64,000 nt of DNA from Dehalococcoidia bacterium (GTDB lineage Bacteria > Chloroflexota > Dehalococcoidia > Lucifugimonadales > G963668185). A program made the position numbers and the translations under genes. How positions within the stretch are numbered: position 1 is the first letter of the stretch; each line of letters starts with the position of its first letter. The stretch spans positions 678,915-742,914 of the forward strand of contig OY764162.1 of NCBI GenBank assembly GCA_963668185.1, given 5' to 3'. Below are positions 1 to 8,635 of this stretch, piece by piece. A model generated the notes under the pieces. The model saw nothing but the letters and a program-made list of their open reading frames with translations. It ran no database searches and was not told the origin of the DNA.

Positions 1-1194
1 GACCTTCGAGAAAGTCCCAACGTCCGGCAGCAACTCGCGCAGCTCCCGCACCTCGCCTCCGATCGGGCTGACCGACGCCGCGCTCTCCCCATACTGGTTG
101 AAGAACGCGAAGAACGCCTGGTTGAGCTTCCGGATGCCGTATCCGCCCAGCCTGAGCCGCCACCGGCGCTCCTTCATGTACTCCTCAGCCTCCTCCACCC
201 TGCCTTCCGCGAGTAGCTCGTCGGTGCGCAGCCGCGTCTCCCTCAGGAAATCCGTTATCTGCGGGTTTGCGACCTGGCCGCTCTGGTAGCTGAATGAAGA
301 CTCGTCGAGGTCGCCGCCCATACGCTCGAAAGCCATGTCCCCGATCTCCCGTCCCGCCAGGTCCGCTGCTGTCTCGTTGAGCGTCGTCATGTCAGGCGAG
401 TCGAGATAATTCCAGCCGAGCGGCTTAAAGAACCAGTGGTTGTGCAGCCACTCGTGCGCCGCCGTCCTTGTAACCGTTCGCAGCGTGTTGTCGTCCAGCA
501 CCAGCGCCGGATAGGTCCCTATGCCGCCGAGGTTGATGACAAGGGCCGATACGTCGTGCTCTTCCTCGATCTCTCGTTCGAGCTGGTCTCGTTCGAACGG
601 TCGCAGCCCCGTCCGCATCGCCACCGTGCCCTGCAGCCGGATCTCATCCCTCGGCGAAGTGATCAGCAGCGTGGGTGTGCTGTCGAGCCGGATGTCCACA
701 GGAGGCCAGATCAGGCCAAGAGCCAGCCCGAAGCCCTCCTCGACCAGCACCGCGCTGATCTCCGCCTCCAGCGCCTCCTCCGCCTCCGGACGGAGCCTGT
801 TCCTGGTGGCCTTGAGTTCGTCAAGGTACTCCGTCGAGATGGGCGAGACCTTGCTCGCGCTCGTCCCCGGTATCGCGGTCCGCGACTCCAGCAGTCCTTC
901 GATCCTCGCCTCTTCCTTGTGAAGCCTGCGGACGGTAAGAAGGTACTCGTCGAGCATGGCCAGCCGCTCTTCTCTCGGCGGCCTGTGTCCCGGCCGCAGT
1001 TCGAAGATCCAGTGGACCCACTTGTCCGGCAGGGTCGAAATCTCATAACCCACGAAGGAGAACAGGTACGGCGCGGCGTTGGCCTTGCCCGGCGTGAGGA
1101 ACAGGGAGTCGGACTGCAGGTACAGCATCGAGACGAGCATGACCAGGACGAAGCCCGTCTTGCCGAGCCGGCCGAACCGCGCGCCGGCGGTCAT
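1..1194 (-). CDS. Putative membrane-anchored zinc metallopeptidase (HExxH...E); 3' end runs off the window
   Basis: Absent from the ORF track because it is open at the edge. Manual translation from ATG 1194 (ATGA overlap with the MFS stop) gives MTAGARFGRLGKTGFVLVMLVSMLYLQ... then AAHEWLHNHWFFKPLG...TTLNETAA, a gluzincin-like motif, after a hydrophobic N-terminus. Confidence 0.7.
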   Translation of the reverse strand, partial: MTAGARFGRLGKTGFVLVMLVSMLYLQSDSLFLTPGKANAAPYLFSFVGYEISTLPDKWVHWIFELRPGHRPPREERLAMLDEYLLTVRRLHKEEARIEGLLESRTAIPGTSASKVSPISTEYLDELKATRNRLRPEAEEALEAEISAVLVEEGFGLALGLIWPPVDIRLDSTPTLLITSPRDEIRLQGTVAMRTGLRPFERDQLEREIEEEHDVSALVINLGGIGTYPALVLDDNTLRTVTRTAAHEWLHNHWFFKPLGWNYLDSPDMTTLNETAADLAGREIGDMAFERMGGDLDESSFSYQSGQVANPQITDFLRETRLRTDELLAEGRVEEAEEYMKERRWRLRLGGYGIRKLNQAFFAFFNQYGESAASVSPIGGEVRELRELLPDVGTFSKV

Positions 1195-2513
1195 CTGGCT
1201 GTCGCGGCGCTCTCCCCGTCTGCGTACCGGCCCGGAGACAGCTCGTGGAGCCTGCCGAGCATCAGGAACGGCACGAACGCGAAAGCCGCCCCCGCGATGC
1301 CGACGCCTGTGAGTCCGAACGCGCCCGCGATCACCCCGGCCAGCACCGGCACGCCTATCGAGAAGCCGCTTCCGAAGGTGTCGTTCGCTCCTATCGCGCG
1401 GCCTCTAGCGTCCGGCGCCGTGGTGTCCGCCAGTATGGCCGTGGAAGCGACGTTCACCGACGACCAGCCTACCCCAACCAGGAACAGGCCGAGCGTGATT
1501 ACGGCGTACACGGGAGTCACGGGGACCAGCGCCGCCCCGGCGACGGCTGTCAGCAGGCCCGCGGCCAGCATCGGCTTCCTGCCCGCCGCGTCGGCGGCGC
1601 GCCCGAAGAAGATAGAAAACGCGAACATGCCCACCACGTGCAGGGCCACCGCCAACGCTATCGATCCCAGCGAGTAGCCGCTGTTGGACAGCACCAACGG
1701 CGTCATGATCATCATCATGCTCATGTTGGCCTGCGCGGAGGCGAAGCACAGATACGCCACCTGCTTGGGCCGGTGCGCCAACAGCGGCAGCAGTCCGACG
1801 CTCGCGCCCGCCGGCCTGGGGCCGTGCGCGTGGCCCGGCCAGTACTCGGACAAGTTCTCGGCGATCCACTTCGGGTCCGGCCTAACCATGACGAAGCATA
1901 CGAATGCCGGTACCAGCGATATGGGCAGCAGGAACCAGGACAATGCCAGCGGGTCCTGGCCCGCCATGGGAGAGAGCCATTCGCCTCCCCTGACCACTAC
2001 CGGCGATATGAACGCCCCCGCCACCGTGCCGGTGAGCACGAATCCCAGGCCCTCGCCGCGCCTGGCGGTAGGGTACATGTCCGACGCCGCCACTCTGATC
2101 TGCCTGCCCGCGCCCACTCCCAGGCCGAGCACCAGGATTCCGCCGATGAACACCGCGAACGAGTCGGCGATGAGCGACAGGCCGAGCAGGCACGCGCCGC
2201 CGAGCCCCAGCACCACCGACGCCGCCATTCCGAACCTGCGGCCGTACCTGTCGTTCAGCATACCGATCGGATAGGAGACCACGACCTGCGTCGCGGCCAG
2301 CACCGTCCCCCCGATCCCGGCCCAGACGACGCTCCCGGTGATCGTGGTCACCATGAGCGCGCTGAGCGTGATCGCCATCTGCATCGTGGGGCCCTGGAGC
2401 GCGAGGCCGAGCGTGATTAAAAGCGTGTTGCGGCGAATGGCCCTCGGTATCGGCTCCGCGACCGGGTCCGTCCTGAACCGCACGGGACTTCCGAGCCTTG
2501 GAAGGAACTTCAA
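1191..2513 (-). CDS. MFS transporter
   Basis: 440 aa, about 12 hydrophobic segments, motif A-like GMLNDRYGRR and GRAADAAGRK. Confidence 0.9.
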   Translation of the reverse strand: MKFLPRLGSPVRFRTDPVAEPIPRAIRRNTLLITLGLALQGPTMQMAITLSALMVTTITGSVVWAGIGGTVLAATQVVVSYPIGMLNDRYGRRFGMAASVVLGLGGACLLGLSLIADSFAVFIGGILVLGLGVGAGRQIRVAASDMYPTARRGEGLGFVLTGTVAGAFISPVVVRGGEWLSPMAGQDPLALSWFLLPISLVPAFVCFVMVRPDPKWIAENLSEYWPGHAHGPRPAGASVGLLPLLAHRPKQVAYLCFASAQANMSMMMIMTPLVLSNSGYSLGSIALAVALHVVGMFAFSIFFGRAADAAGRKPMLAAGLLTAVAGAALVPVTPVYAVITLGLFLVGVGWSSVNVASTAILADTTAPDARGRAIGANDTFGSGFSIGVPVLAGVIAGAFGLTGVGIAGAAFAFVPFLMLGRLHELSPGRYADGESAATAR

Positions 2514-2588
2514 ACCCTGCCCCTCAGAAGCTCATCGCGCAGCTTCTCAGAACGCGGAGAAAGCTGGAACGATGGGTAACCGCCGCCC

Positions 2589-3671
2589 TCATGCCAGGTC
2601 GTCCAGCATCGGCATGACCTCTCCGGCCAGCAGCCTCATCGAGCGCTCCCACTTGTCCTTCGGCTCCCACTCGTGCCCCATCGCCAGCAGCACTCCGAAT
2701 CCGCCGACCTCCTCGTACCCCCTTCGTATCTGGTCCGCAACGTCCTCCGGGCTGCCGACGATCCAGATGTTGTCCAGGAAGTACTCAGGCGTCAGCTCGG
2801 AGTCAGGCATGTCTGGATCGACCTTGAAGATGGGCCTGCGGTTGCTGAAATTCATCAGGTTCATCCAGTACTGCATGTAATCGCGCGCCAGCACGCCTTC
2901 CAGCGCGTCCTGCCTGGCCTGCTCCGTCGTCTCCGCAACGTACACCTCCCGTGCAATCCGCCACAAAGACCGGTCCGCCTTCTTCCCAGCGGCTTCGGCG
3001 CCCTTCTCCACAGAGTCCCAGTGCCCCTTAACAGTGCTCATGGGAATGAAGTTCACGCTCATCGGCATCCAGCCTCGCGCTCCGGCCAGGGTCAGCGTGT
3101 CCGAGTTGGGTGACACGCCCGCCACGCCGATGGGCGGGTGCGGCTTCTGGTACGGCCCCAGGTGCCATCTCAGGCCGATCTCCTCGACCGGCTCCGGCAC
3201 AGTTCCCCTCCATCGCGGGTGCTCGTAAAGCCCGGGCTTGGGGTCTTTCCAAAGCTCGATTATCAGGTCCACCGCCTCCCGCGTCAGCGCCCGCTGGTCA
3301 ACCTTTGTGGAGTCGAAGTCGAAGAGTTGCTGGTCTCCCGGGGTGGAACTGGAGCCGACGCCCCAGTAGAAACGCCCCCGCGCCATGTGGTCTAGTTGAG
3401 CGATCCTGTGGGCAAGCATGAACGGATTGTGGTTGGGCATGCACGACACGCCGGTGCCGAGAATGATGTTCTCGGTCATCGCCAGCGCCTGGGCGATGAA
3501 CAGGTCGGGAGCAGGTATGTTTTCCCACTCAAAGGTCAGGTGCTCCCCTATCCACGCCTCCTCGTAGCCGAGCCTGTCCAGCAGGACGATCTGTTCCAGG
3601 TCGCTGTGAATCGTCTCGGTGAAGTCGTGCCCAGGAGGATGGAGCGGCATTGTGAAGTAACCGAGTTTCAA
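2589..3671 (-). CDS. LLM-class (luciferase-like) flavin-dependent monooxygenase
   Basis: KLGYFTMPLHPP, LGYEEAWIGEH, IAQLDHMARGR, PYQKPHPPI, IVGSPEDV. Start placed at TTG 3671 after AGAGGA; the ORF track starts at 3710. Confidence 0.92.
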   Translation of the reverse strand: MKLGYFTMPLHPPGHDFTETIHSDLEQIVLLDRLGYEEAWIGEHLTFEWENIPAPDLFIAQALAMTENIILGTGVSCMPNHNPFMLAHRIAQLDHMARGRFYWGVGSSSTPGDQQLFDFDSTKVDQRALTREAVDLIIELWKDPKPGLYEHPRWRGTVPEPVEEIGLRWHLGPYQKPHPPIGVAGVSPNSDTLTLAGARGWMPMSVNFIPMSTVKGHWDSVEKGAEAAGKKADRSLWRIAREVYVAETTEQARQDALEGVLARDYMQYWMNLMNFSNRRPIFKVDPDMPDSELTPEYFLDNIWIVGSPEDVADQIRRGYEEVGGFGVLLAMGHEWEPKDKWERSMRLLAGEVMPMLDDLA

Positions 3672-3735
3672 TGTGATTCCTCTTTGTGGCCTCGCAGACT
3701 TGCGTTCCAATGAGGCCGGAATGAGTATTCTGCGG

Positions 3736-5058
3736 CTATGGTAGCCGACCCTTACCGGTGCGGGCGACCTTCGCGGCAGGCCTGGCCTCAGGCAGCGTCG
3801 GGCGCCGCACCGTTGTCACAAGCAGCGCGCCGCCCGCGCTGAGCCCGGCGAACAGCATGAACGGCAGGAAGTAGGTGCCCTGCACGTCGTATGCGTAGCC
3901 GGTGAGTATCGGCGCGACGATCATCGCCAGGTTGTTGGGCAACTGCGAGAGCCCCATGATCGTCGCGAACGAACGCCTGCCGAAGTAGTCGCCGCGTATA
4001 GCGGTCATGAGCGGAATGCGCCCACCAATTGCGATTCCGTACAGAACGGCGTACGGGTACGCCATGGCAACACTGTCCGCATAGGCGAGGATTACAAGCG
4101 ACCCCGCCTGTATGAGCAGGAGCACCGTCAGGATGGGCGGCTTCGGCAGCTTGTCGGCCAGGAACCCCGCCGCCATCTGCGCGGGCATCGCGAACACCGT
4201 GGTCCACATGGTTATGGTGGCAGCTCCGGTCCAACTCATGCCCAGGTCAACCAGCTTCGGCGAAAGGTGCAGAGACAGGCTGACGATTGACGCCGTTGAG
4301 GACAGGTGCACGATGGTCAGAATCCAGAAGGCACGCGTTTTGAGCGCTTGCTTGGGCGTGAAATCGACTTCTCTGCTCTCGTCCGTTCCGGCTGAATCCT
4401 GACCTCTGCCGAAGTCCGGGCCGTCCGGCCGTTCGCCGCGGTCCTCCGGCCGGTTGCTTAGCGCTTTGAACACCGGCAAGACTGTCAGGAGCAGCGCCGC
4501 GCCTATGCCTGTCATCGCTATGCTGAAGCCATGGGACTGGATTCCAAACGCGAGCACCGGTACCAGGAATCCGCCGAAGTGCACTCCCATCATGGCGGTG
4601 GCCATGGCCTTGCTTCGGTGCCGGATGAACCAGTTGTTTACCATGGAAATGATCGCGAGCCATCCGCCCAGGCTGGAGCCAATCGTAACGAGAAAGAAGG
4701 TCGCGTAGAAATGCCACAGCTCCGTTACGCGCGCCACCAGCAGGAAGCCCACACCCATCGTCACGAAGCCGATCACGATCATCTGGCGGTTTCCGAAACG
4801 GTCCACGAGAAACCCTTCCATGGGTCCGATGATGGCGCCCTGCACCCGTGCTAACGAGAAAGCTCCGGAGAGGGCTGTGCGGCTCCATCCGAACCGCGCC
4901 TCCAACGCCACTAGATAAGTGCCTACCCCCATGAACGTTGTGACGGACATCAACGTGAGCAGGAACATCGACACGCCCACGATCCTCCATCCGTAGAAGC
5001 CCCACATCTGCTCGATGGCCAGATGGATGCCGGATCGCGCTGGCGTCGTCTTACTCAT
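3736..5058 (-). CDS. MFS transporter (OFA/monocarboxylate-like)
   Basis: FYGWRIV, GFLVDRFGNR, NNWFIRHRSKA, GDYFGRRSFATIMG; 12-TM pattern. Confidence 0.9.
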   Translation of the reverse strand: MSKTTPARSGIHLAIEQMWGFYGWRIVGVSMFLLTLMSVTTFMGVGTYLVALEARFGWSRTALSGAFSLARVQGAIIGPMEGFLVDRFGNRQMIVIGFVTMGVGFLLVARVTELWHFYATFFLVTIGSSLGGWLAIISMVNNWFIRHRSKAMATAMMGVHFGGFLVPVLAFGIQSHGFSIAMTGIGAALLLTVLPVFKALSNRPEDRGERPDGPDFGRGQDSAGTDESREVDFTPKQALKTRAFWILTIVHLSSTASIVSLSLHLSPKLVDLGMSWTGAATITMWTTVFAMPAQMAAGFLADKLPKPPILTVLLLIQAGSLVILAYADSVAMAYPYAVLYGIAIGGRIPLMTAIRGDYFGRRSFATIMGLSQLPNNLAMIVAPILTGYAYDVQGTYFLPFMLFAGLSAGGALLVTTVRRPTLPEARPAAKVARTGKGRLP

Positions 5059-5231
5059 ACCGGCGCGGATTGTAACAACTGTCGCTCAGGTTGAAGCAGC
5101 GTCCCCGCATGCCTATAATCGCCACTCATAGCGGCATCTGCAGGCTGGGCTTCATACATAGCGGCTGCGCCTTTGCTTCGAAGCCCTGCGGCAGTGCCCT
5201 TCAGCCCACGCATTCACGCGGAGGATATTGG

Positions 5232-5786
5232 ATGACCACTCAGGCTGCTCTACTCAACCCGATGACCGTCCTGGACCAGTTCAAGAAGAACGACGTCACG
5301 CACGTTGTGTATCTCCCCGACAGCGAGACCAACCACCTGTTCATAGCCATGGAGAACGATCCTGACATCGACGTGATTCCGGTGGCGCGGGAGGCGGAGA
5401 CGATGGCCATAGCCGCCGGGCTCATAATCGGCGGCAAGAACCCCGTCTGCCTGCTTCAGAACACGGGCATGTTCGAGTCCGGCGACTCAATCCGTGGTCT
5501 CGGTCTGGATGTCAACCTGCCCGTGGTCATGGTGATCGGTTACAGGGGCTGGACGCGCCACGGCAACACGCCGGACTCCGCGGCCAGGTTCACGGAGCCG
5601 TTCCTGCACGCCTTCGGCATCAACTACTACCTCGTCGAGGACGACGCTGACGCCGACAGGTTTACGATAGCGTTCGAAGAGGCCCGGGCGCAGAATCGCC
5701 CCGTCGCGGTCCTGGTGGGCGACGAGTACCACGGGTTCAACAGGCCCGACCTTGACGAGGTGAGAGAAGAGATCTCGCGGCAGTAG
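5232..5786 (+). CDS. TPP-dependent decarboxylase alpha subunit (sulfopyruvate decarboxylase ComD / phosphonopyruvate decarboxylase N-half-like)
   Basis: VVYLPDS, VAREAETMAIAAG, LLQNTG, VIGYRG; ATG 5232 after GGAGGA. Confidence 0.8.
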   Translation: MTTQAALLNPMTVLDQFKKNDVTHVVYLPDSETNHLFIAMENDPDIDVIPVAREAETMAIAAGLIIGGKNPVCLLQNTGMFESGDSIRGLGLDVNLPVVMVIGYRGWTRHGNTPDSAARFTEPFLHAFGINYYLVEDDADADRFTIAFEEARAQNRPVAVLVGDEYHGFNRPDLDEVREEISRQ

Positions 5787-5847
5787 GCCCGCTCCCCCGC
5801 GCCTGTCAGCCTCAATAGACGTCCCAAAAAGACAGTAAGGAAAGCAC

Positions 5848-6432
5848 ATGATACGCAACAGCGATTTGATGGAAGTCCTCTCCAAGCATCGGGGAGAAGC
5901 TGTGGTGATGAGCACCATGACCGCGACGCGCTCGTGGACGGCCGCCAGCGATTCAGAAGCGCTGGACCTCCCCCTGGGCGGGGCCATGGGCAAGACGTCC
6001 TCAGTGGCGCTGGGCATTGCGCTGGCCCATCCCGACAGGAAGATCATCGTTCTGGACGGCGACGGCAGCCTTGAGATGAACCTGGGCACCCTCGCCACGA
6101 TCGCGGGCAAGGCCCCCGCGAACCTGTACCACTTCGTCATGGAGAACGGCGTGTACGCCGTGACGGGCGGACAGCCGATTCCGGGCAAGGACAGGGTCTC
6201 GTTCGCCGAGATGGCGAAGGGCGCCGGTTACTCGTCCGCCTATGAGTTCGACGATCTGGAGGACTTCGCGCTGAAGATCGCCGATATCCTCGCTGAGGAC
6301 GGCCCTGTCTTCGTCACGATAAAGGCCGAGCCGGAGATTCAGAACGAGCCGATTGGCCGCCGGACCCGCCCAGTCGGGCAGCGCTCCACCGCGGTCGCGC
6401 TTGCCGACCTTCGGAAAGAGTTGGGCGTCTAG
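5848..6432 (+). CDS. TPP-dependent decarboxylase beta subunit (ComE-like), copy 1
   Basis: GAMGKTSSVALGIALA, LDGDGSLEMNLG...ENG (TPP-binding GDG...N), TGGQP. Confidence 0.85.
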   Translation: MIRNSDLMEVLSKHRGEAVVMSTMTATRSWTAASDSEALDLPLGGAMGKTSSVALGIALAHPDRKIIVLDGDGSLEMNLGTLATIAGKAPANLYHFVMENGVYAVTGGQPIPGKDRVSFAEMAKGAGYSSAYEFDDLEDFALKIADILAEDGPVFVTIKAEPEIQNEPIGRRTRPVGQRSTAVALADLRKELGV

Positions 6433-6447
6433 GCCGTCGCCAGCCTG

Positions 6448-7026
6448 ATGATTGAGCTTGAGGACGCGTTCGAACTCATCGAACGACATCGCGGCGACGC
6501 CGTAGTGATCGCGTGCCAGGAGAGCAGGCATGCGTGGGAGGCCGTCAGCGACACCCCGGACCTCGACATCCCCTTTGCCGGCTGCATGGGCAAGGGCTCC
6601 TCGCTCGGCCTCGGGATTGCCCTCGCCCAGCCCGACCGGAAGGTCATTGTCCTGGATGGCGACGGCAGCCTGCTGATGAATCTTGGCGGGCTTGCGACCG
6701 TCGCGGGCAAGTCGCCTTCCAACTTCTACCACTTCGTAATCGAAAACGGCATCTATGCCGGAACGGGCGGCCAGCCCATTCCCAACCGGGGCGGCGTCGG
6801 CTTTGCCAGCATGGCTGAAGCGGCCGGATACAATCAGGCGCACGACTTCGACGACCTTGAGGACCTGACGCTGCACTTGAACGATCTGATGTCTGCGAAA
6901 GGGCCGGTCTTCGCATCTCTCCGCGTCAGGCCGGTCCCTGAGACCAGGCCGATGAGCCGCAGGCCACGGGGCCGAAGACTGAGCGAAAGCCTCGAGTCCG
7001 TCAGAAAATCCCTCGCCGTCAACTAA
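6448..7026 (+). CDS. TPP-dependent decarboxylase beta subunit (ComE-like), copy 2
   Basis: GCMGKGSSLGLGIALA, LDGDGSLLMNLG...ENG, TGGQP; paralog of the preceding gene. Confidence 0.85.
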   Translation: MIELEDAFELIERHRGDAVVIACQESRHAWEAVSDTPDLDIPFAGCMGKGSSLGLGIALAQPDRKVIVLDGDGSLLMNLGGLATVAGKSPSNFYHFVIENGIYAGTGGQPIPNRGGVGFASMAEAAGYNQAHDFDDLEDLTLHLNDLMSAKGPVFASLRVRPVPETRPMSRRPRGRRLSESLESVRKSLAVN

Positions 7027-7128
7027 CCCGACAAGTGGCAAGGCTGCCGCGGCCCCTCGAGACGATGCGCCCTGCCCTTTCCCAATCCGCCCCTGAAGGT
7101 TAGGATGGGTTGAACGCTGGAGGCAAAC

Positions 7129-8619
7129 ATGACGCAGAGAAGCTATGCGGGCACTACGGACGCTCCCGAGTTCCCCGGGAATTTGGAGTGGCTCAACAGC
7201 GACGGCCCCCTCACGCTGCGGGAGCTGCGGGGGAAGATCGTACTTCTGGACTTCTGGACTTACTGCTGAATCAACTGCATCCACGCATTTCCGCAGTTGC
7301 GGAAACTGGAGCAGAAGTACAGCGATGAGCTCTTCGTCATTGGAGTGCACTCAGCCAAGTTCATGGCGGAGAAGGCCACTGAGAACGTCCGGCAGGCGAT
7401 CCTCAGATACGACCTTGAGCATCCCGTCGTAAACGACGCCGACTTCCAAGTCTGGCAGCAGTACGCCGCCCGCGCATGGCCGACCTTCATGTTCATAGAC
7501 CCCCAGGGCAGGATCATAGGCCGCCATGAGGGAGAGATTCCTTACGACGCCATGGACCGCGTCCTGGGCGAGATGGTCGCGCAGTTCGATTCGTCCGGCC
7601 TGATAGATCGCCGGACTATCCCCCACACGTTGGAGAAGGAAAAAGAGACCGACCGCCCCCTGTCATTCCCCGGAAAAGTGCATGCGGACGGCGCCTCCGG
7701 AAGGCTGTTCGTGGCCGACTCCAACCACAATCGCATTGTGGTTGCTACGCTGGACGGCTGCGTAACGGACGTGATCGGCTCGGGAGAGGCCGGGATGTCG
7801 GACGGCGGCTACACATCCGCCCGGTTCCACGATCCGCAGGGCATTGTCGTCGATGGCGACACGCTCTACGTGGCCGACACCAAGAACCACGCTATTCGCT
7901 CAGTGGATCTGGCGCAGCACAGGGTCTCGACAGCCGCCGGCACGGGCCAGCAAGCCAATCGCTTTCACTCCGGCGGCCCAGGACTGGAGACCAGCCTCGC
8001 CTCGCCCTGGGACGTGGAACTGCACGGCGCCAACCTGTACATCGCCATGGCGGGATTCCACCAGCTTTGGAGGATGGACAGGGCCACTTGCGAAATCCGG
8101 CCTCATGCCGGCAACGGCCGCGAGAACATAGACGATGGCCCATTGAAGTACGCTCAACTGGCCCAGCCGAGCGGTATCGTCACGGACGGCGCCCTGCTCT
8201 ACTTCACCGATAGCGAGACCAGTGCGATCCGGTCGGCCGACCTCGATCCCAGCGGTCGTGTGAAGACAATCGTCGGCGTCGACCTGTTCCAGTTCGGCGA
8301 CCTCGACGGAGTGGGTGACGCGGTGCGTCTCCAGCACCCCATCGGCATATGCACGTGGGAAGACCGCCTGCTGATTACCGACACCTACAACAACAAGGTC
8401 AAGAAGGTCTATCCGCACTCTCGCCGGGTTGAGTCGTTCATTGGCAGCGGTGAGGCCGGCAATGCCGACGGCGGGCGTTCCGAAGCCAGCTTCAATGAAC
8501 CCGCCGGACTGAGCGCGGCTAACGGCAACCTGTACATCGCGGACACCAACAACCACTCCATCCGGGTCGCGGACCTGCTCACAGGCCGCTTGACCACCCT
8601 GGAGTTGGCAGGCCTGTAA
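7129..8619 (+). CDS. Thioredoxin-like + NHL-repeat protein (NHLRC2/SOQ1-like); candidate selenoprotein, UGA at 7267-7269
   Basis: GGAGG then ATG 7129. Translation is [46 protein letters not shown]-(TGA)[17 protein letters not shown], in frame with ORF 7297-8619 ([12 protein letters not shown], repeated [27 protein letters not shown] blades). 496 aa with read-through. Confidence 0.88.
7288..7305 (+). promoter_or_regulatory. Putative bacterial SECIS hairpin
   Basis: TTTCCGC-AGTT-GCGGAAA: perfect 7-bp stem with a G in the apical loop; the loop starts 25 nt after the in-frame UGA. Confidence 0.65.
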
Positions 8620-8635
8620 CCGGGCCGTCCGCAAG

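Noticed and set aside
5232-7026. Coenzyme M biosynthesis or methanogenesis
   Set aside because: ComDE-like decarboxylases are widespread in bacterial sulfonate/phosphonate metabolism, and no other com genes are seen.
7267-7269. Genome-wide UGA reassignment (code 4/25) as the explanation for the in-frame TGAs
   Set aside because: Many full-length genes here end properly at TGA, Trp is encoded by TGG, and both internal TGAs fall at Cys positions.
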